DNA from: a virus
Virus record (IMG/VR): IMGVR_UViG_3300024346_000011
Strand: one strand, 5' to 3'
DNA: 64,000 nucleotides
Below the pieces are notes generated by a model. The model saw nothing but the letters and a program-made list of their open reading frames with translations, had not been told where the DNA came from and ran no database searches. Shown here piece after piece: positions 60,528 to 64,000 of the stretch. A program made the translations under genes and the position numbers. Each line of letters starts with the position of its first letter. The first letter of the stretch is position 1.

Positions 60528-60780
60528 AGATGGTATCAAGTACCCTCTTTAAATCTGTGCATTTTTCATATTCCTCAAGTTCTTCAAAATACTGCATAGT
60601 CTCGCTGATAATTTGCTTGAGCATTCTAGAATTATTGTGATATTCTGTATTGATACCATAATTTTTGATAGCAGTATAATTTGCTCGAGCCAATCGATCC
60701 TTCAAGATCTCCATGTGTTCTTGAGAATTGTCAAACTCTGGTGTGAAATCCTCTTCAAAATCTTCGTTAAAGTCAAACAT
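60526..60780 (-). CDS. small acidic protein with C-terminal UVR-like motif
   Basis: YFEELEEYEKCTDL. Confidence 0.6.
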   Translation of the reverse strand: MFDFNEDFEEDFTPEFDNSQEHMEILKDRLARANYTAIKNYGINTEYHNNSRMLKQIISETMQYFEELEEYEKCTDLKRVLDTI

Positions 60781-60804
60781 AGTATCTGTATTTTGTTTTA
60801 TAAG

Positions 60805-60856
60805 GTAAATATAACAAAAATCCGCGATATAAAAAAATGTTTTAGCTAATTTTTAC
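60805..60856 (-). promoter_or_regulatory. class A promoter
   Basis: ATTTTTTTATATC-GCGGATTTTTG-TTATATTTAC. Confidence 0.7.
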
Positions 60857-61201
60857 AGATTTTTTTCTAGAAATGTTCTCATCTAACATCGGTAAATTAA
60901 TCGCGAGCTCTCCATTTTCGCATTTTGCAGTTACCTTGTCATAATCGATTTCAAGAGTCTCTAGATTAAATCTTTTGTTTACAACCTTCTTTGAATCTTC
61001 TGTTCCCTTAGATCCTTGAACATGTAGTACATCTTCTTCAATATCGATTCCAATATCATCTTTAGAGAATCCCGGTACATTAACAGTTAATACGTAACCG
61101 TTTTCATTCTTGTCAATATTCCAAGAATTTGAAGTTCCATAAGATGGAATGTTGTTGTTGAAAATAAAATCGCTAAACATAAGTTGATTTAAAATACTCA
61201 T
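60842..61201 (-). CDS. small heat-shock protein Hsp20
   Basis: VPGFSKDDI.I, L.V.G, AKCENGEL.I.LP, C-terminal VKI. Confidence 0.9.
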   Translation of the reverse strand: MSILNQLMFSDFIFNNNIPSYGTSNSWNIDKNENGYVLTVNVPGFSKDDIGIDIEEDVLHVQGSKGTEDSKKVVNKRFNLETLEIDYDKVTAKCENGELAINLPMLDENISRKKSVKIS

Positions 61202-61260
61202 AATTTAATTTCTATTTAGTTAAACATTTTTTTGAGTTATTGTCATAACATATATTATAA

Positions 61261-61276
61261 TGCAATAATCATGCCA
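61261..61276 (-). promoter_or_regulatory. sigma54 (-24/-12)-type promoter for Hsp20
   Basis: TGGCAT-GATTA-TTGCA matches TGGCAC-N5-TTGCW with correct spacing; TGAC repeats upstream. Confidence 0.65.
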
Positions 61277-61331
61277 TTGTTAAAATATGTCAAATAGTCA
61301 CTTTTTAATTAATTTACTGTAGTTAAATATG

Positions 61332-62165
61332 TCACAATGACACTCTTATTGCTTTAGCCTTGATTTGATTAATTTGATCTAGCACTGTCCCATTATCAAT
61401 TGCCTCTTGATAGTGCATACCAACCGAGTTTTCATGGTTCTTCGCGCTCATTTTAACCATATATTGATTATATCGGTCAGTTACATACTTCTCTCCAAGA
61501 AATTTATAATGAAGCATCTTTAATGGTTCGCGGTTAAAATCATCTAAGATCTCAAATAGTTTTTGCCAACGACCCCATTGGTGACCTAGATATTCCCCCA
61601 TTGGTCGAATATCTTTAGGAACTGGGTGGTAGAATTCTCCTAAATCGTAACTTAATTCTAATTCATGTGCACCTTCAACCCATTCTAAATCATCTATTAG
61701 ATTTAAATTAACAATCATTGGTTTTACATACCATGGATTAGGTTCTCCCCATTGTACATAATCATATAATTGTCCAGGTAAATCGTATGGAAAATCATCG
61801 GATGCCATTTGAAAACCTGCTGGATAGAATACGCTACAATTTTGATTTTGAGATAGAAATGATTTCAAGTCTGTATGATACACAAACTCATCACAGTCCG
61901 TTAAAATGATAAAGTCGGCCTGTCCTTTAGCATGTTGAATACTCTTTCTCTTTAATTCAATATGCGTATAATCATTGAACTCGCCGTTAGTTTCAAATGG
62001 GATTATTTCAACCTGATTTCCATATTCCCGTGCAATGTCACAGGTTGAATCTGTGGACATATTATCGTATATGATAATTTTATCACAAAATTGAGAATAG
62101 TGCTTTAGGTAATAAGGAAGCATTAACTCCTCATTCCATACTAGGACGTATGCCCATACTTTCAT
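61332..62165 (-). CDS. glycosyltransferase family 2-like
   Basis: VWNEE, YDNMSTD, TDCDEF (DxD), LHYKF. Confidence 0.85.
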   Translation of the reverse strand: MKVWAYVLVWNEELMLPYYLKHYSQFCDKIIIYDNMSTDSTCDIAREYGNQVEIIPFETNGEFNDYTHIELKRKSIQHAKGQADFIILTDCDEFVYHTDLKSFLSQNQNCSVFYPAGFQMASDDFPYDLPGQLYDYVQWGEPNPWYVKPMIVNLNLIDDLEWVEGAHELELSYDLGEFYHPVPKDIRPMGEYLGHQWGRWQKLFEILDDFNREPLKMLHYKFLGEKYVTDRYNQYMVKMSAKNHENSVGMHYQEAIDNGTVLDQINQIKAKAIRVSL

Positions 62166-62875
62166 AAAATATCTAGATTTGCGATTCTAAGCATTACATT
62201 CATAGTAGCCTTAACATCTCCTTCGCAATACGTTTTAATATTTTCAAGTTCACCAGCCCAATAACGATCTGAAACTTGATCATTTGAAATATCTTGTTTA
62301 GGTGAAGGAATATCTAATGCTGCGCAAATTAAATCTAATGAAGTACTATTTACTCCACCAAATTTCCAAATTTCATAAGTATCTAATAAGCAGTTTTCCC
62401 AAGGCTTTTGCTTCTGGAAATGAAATTGATAAGGTACTTTTAATCCATTAATTAAAGATCTCTTAACAATCCACGGCATATCAAATCGCTTAATGTTATG
62501 ACCAACTAGTTGAATCTTAGGATTCTTATTAAAAACAGCCTGCATAACTCCGTTAAATTCTTCAAGTAATACCCTTTCATCATCTCCATAAAAAGATCTT
62601 ATATTAGCCGTTTGAGGAACACCTTGTTCATCAAATTTAATTTGGCCAATAGAAATACAAATAATCTTTCCAAATTCTGGAAACCACGCCGCTCCTTTTT
62701 CGTAAATATCTTCATCGGAAAGGTCCTGCATGCCATCTTCATTTTTACGTTGAAAATCAGCCTTAATTTGCCAAAGTTTGCTTAATCTATCTGAAACCCC
62801 AGAAAGATCTTGATATTGGCCAGCTGTCTCGATATCAATGAATAAAAAATCTTTAAAGTCTGTTTGATTGTACAT
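62162..62875 (-). CDS. DEDD 3'-5' exonuclease (PolB-exo-like)
   Basis: IDIET, GHNIKRFDMP, LDT, YCEGDV. Confidence 0.9.
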   Translation of the reverse strand: MYNQTDFKDFLFIDIETAGQYQDLSGVSDRLSKLWQIKADFQRKNEDGMQDLSDEDIYEKGAAWFPEFGKIICISIGQIKFDEQGVPQTANIRSFYGDDERVLLEEFNGVMQAVFNKNPKIQLVGHNIKRFDMPWIVKRSLINGLKVPYQFHFQKQKPWENCLLDTYEIWKFGGVNSTSLDLICAALDIPSPKQDISNDQVSDRYWAGELENIKTYCEGDVKATMNVMLRIANLDIL

Positions 62876-62876
62876 A

Positions 62877-63116
62877 TTATTTTAATTCTTCATAAGTTAG
62901 TGCAATATTTCTAAGAGGAATTGGGTATCTCATCTCCTTGTCGCCTTCAATAATATGCATACGATACCACTTTTCGCCGTAATGAATTTCTAACCTTTCA
63001 ATACGATCCCCTAATGTTCCTTTAATGATGCCTCCTGCGAATGTAAAATAATACTGTTCTCCTTTCTTTGGAGACTTAACAGTAATTTTGCGATCCTCTT
63101 TCTTTTTCTTGGCCAT
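62877..63116 (-). CDS. hypothetical protein
   Basis: 79 aa ORF, first gene under a class B promoter. Confidence 0.55.
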   Translation of the reverse strand: MAKKKKEDRKITVKSPKKGEQYYFTFAGGIIKGTLGDRIERLEIHYGEKWYRMHIIEGDKEMRYPIPLRNIALTYEELK

Positions 63117-63135
63117 CTTAAATATGTTTCAAGTA

Positions 63136-63161
63136 TTATATATGGCCAATGAATAAAGTTT
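63136..63161 (-). promoter_or_regulatory. class B promoter AAAC-N17-TATAA
   Basis: TAAAC-N17-TATAAT. Confidence 0.65.
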
Positions 63162-63402
63162 ATAATCTAGAATCTAAGAATGATGTGTGGTCTTTTACTT
63201 CTCTGATTAGAGAATAGATTTCATAGGTAATATGGATTTCTAAAAAGCCACCAGATATTAAATCTGGTAGCTCTTTATAATCAATCCAATAGTGAGGTGG
63301 AGTCTTAATTCTACCATTGATATAATCATACATCGCGTCTATGTCCATGTGGTGTACATAGATTGTAACGAACATTGATTTCATATCAGGGTATTTGTCC
63401 AT
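63160..63402 (-). CDS. hypothetical protein
   Basis: 80 aa ORF. Confidence 0.55.
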   Translation of the reverse strand: MDKYPDMKSMFVTIYVHHMDIDAMYDYINGRIKTPPHYWIDYKELPDLISGGFLEIHITYEIYSLIREVKDHTSFLDSRL

Positions 63403-63412
63403 ATACTATTTA

Positions 63413-64000
63413 TTATTTGTAATGCTCTCCGCCTACCCATAATACAAAGGAACGTCTAAGTCCTTTTGTAACTGGTTTTACACGGTGAGGCATATAGCTT
63501 GGGAAAATGATCACATTACCTGCTCCACGCGGTGTGTATTGTGCTGTATCGATATCTCCACCTTGCCAGATTTCAAGATCTCCTCCATCATATTCGTTTG
63601 ACTCCGATAATTGAACCGTAATAGAAACCTTTCTAAGAGAAGCTCCGCCGTGTCCAATATCTTGGTGCCAATCGTAATGACCTAACTCGGCTGCATCATA
63701 TTCGGTGTATTGAATCTGTTCAGGCGCAGTATGCAAATCAAAATGCCAAAGAGAGTTATTAGCCTCAACAGCCATATTGATTAATTTTTCATATACCCAT
63801 CCCCAATGTTCATCACGCGGGAGCCACTTAATATTTGAACGTCTTACTTCACCACCATCGGTGCTACCTAACGTTGTTGCTCTTTCAAAAGGAATATTCT
63901 GCAAGTCTGCATAAATCTTATGCAATTCTGATCTAGAAAATCCTTCTTTAAACCAATACCACTGTTGTGGATCATTGTGTTTGTACGGAAAAACGTAATC
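63413..64000 (-). CDS. 2OG-Fe(II) oxygenase, PKHD/prolyl-hydroxylase-like (5' end beyond the window)
   Basis: WHQD (HxD), RKVSITVQL, YDGGDL, FPS..PHRV.PV..G.R.S; frame stays open from 63925 to 64000 (DYVFPYKHNDPQQWYWF...). Confidence 0.9.
   Translation of the reverse strand, partial: DYVFPYKHNDPQQWYWFKEGFSRSELHKIYADLQNIPFERATTLGSTDGGEVRRSNIKWLPRDEHWGWVYEKLINMAVEANNSLWHFDLHTAPEQIQYTEYDAAELGHYDWHQDIGHGGASLRKVSITVQLSESNEYDGGDLEIWQGGDIDTAQYTPRGAGNVIIFPSYMPHRVKPVTKGLRRSFVLWVGGEHYK

Noticed and set aside
1769-60849. All plus-strand ORFs and nested alternative-frame minus ORFs in the track
   Set aside because: They are short shadows overlapping well-supported minus-strand genes, with no motifs or promoters.
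61332-64000. TET/JBP plus glycosyltransferase DNA hypermodification system
   Set aside because: The oxygenase motifs are PKHD/P4H-type rather than TET/JBP, and no methyltransferase is adjacent.
1-64000. Stop-codon reassignment as in some large Bacteroidota phages
   Set aside because: Standard-code ORFs are long, tile the strand densely and end in TAA, TGA and TAG.
1-64000. tRNA genes, integrase, transposase, introns or inteins
   Set aside because: No cloverleaf/TTCGA-CCA pattern in the intergenic gaps and no such motifs or unexplained insertions were seen by eye.

Overview
AT-rich segment of a large T4-like (Tevenvirinae-style myovirus, probably jumbo) phage genome. Essentially every real gene is on the minus strand. 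The host is most likely Bacteroidota (Flavobacteriia-like), inferred from Bacteroidota-type bS21 and bS1, TAnnTTT(G/A)-type promoter cores and the lack of Shine-Dalgarno sites. Layout by coordinate: (1-10.4 kb) a cluster of unrelated proteins sharing a short MKHVKLFEQFVNE-type tag that resembles the T4 capsid-targeting sequence, including ligase-like, NMNAT/cytidylyltransferase-like and PD-(D/E)xK-like enzymes; (10.4-15.7 kb) replication/recombination genes (UvsW, UvsY, primase, gp32 SSB, RuvC-like); (16-49.5 kb) tail, fibre, baseplate and neck genes (gp3/19-like, collagen fibres, gp6, gp25, gp13, gp5, gp27, gp53, gp48-like), with an amidoligase and a ribosomal S1 homologue embedded; (49.5-64 kb) accessory genes (dCMP deaminase, UvsE, RNase HII, PhoH, bS21, DnaJ, Hsp20, GT2, exonuclease, 2OG-Fe oxygenase). 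Best candidates for novelty: the tag-defined, protease-processed putative virion payload system; a lone plus-strand structured ncRNA (about 41306-41448) with its own promoter and terminator; three UVR-motif paralogues clustered with bS21/DnaJ/Hsp20; a sigma54-type promoter on Hsp20; and three readable promoter classes. All family calls come from motif recognition by eye, not database searches.
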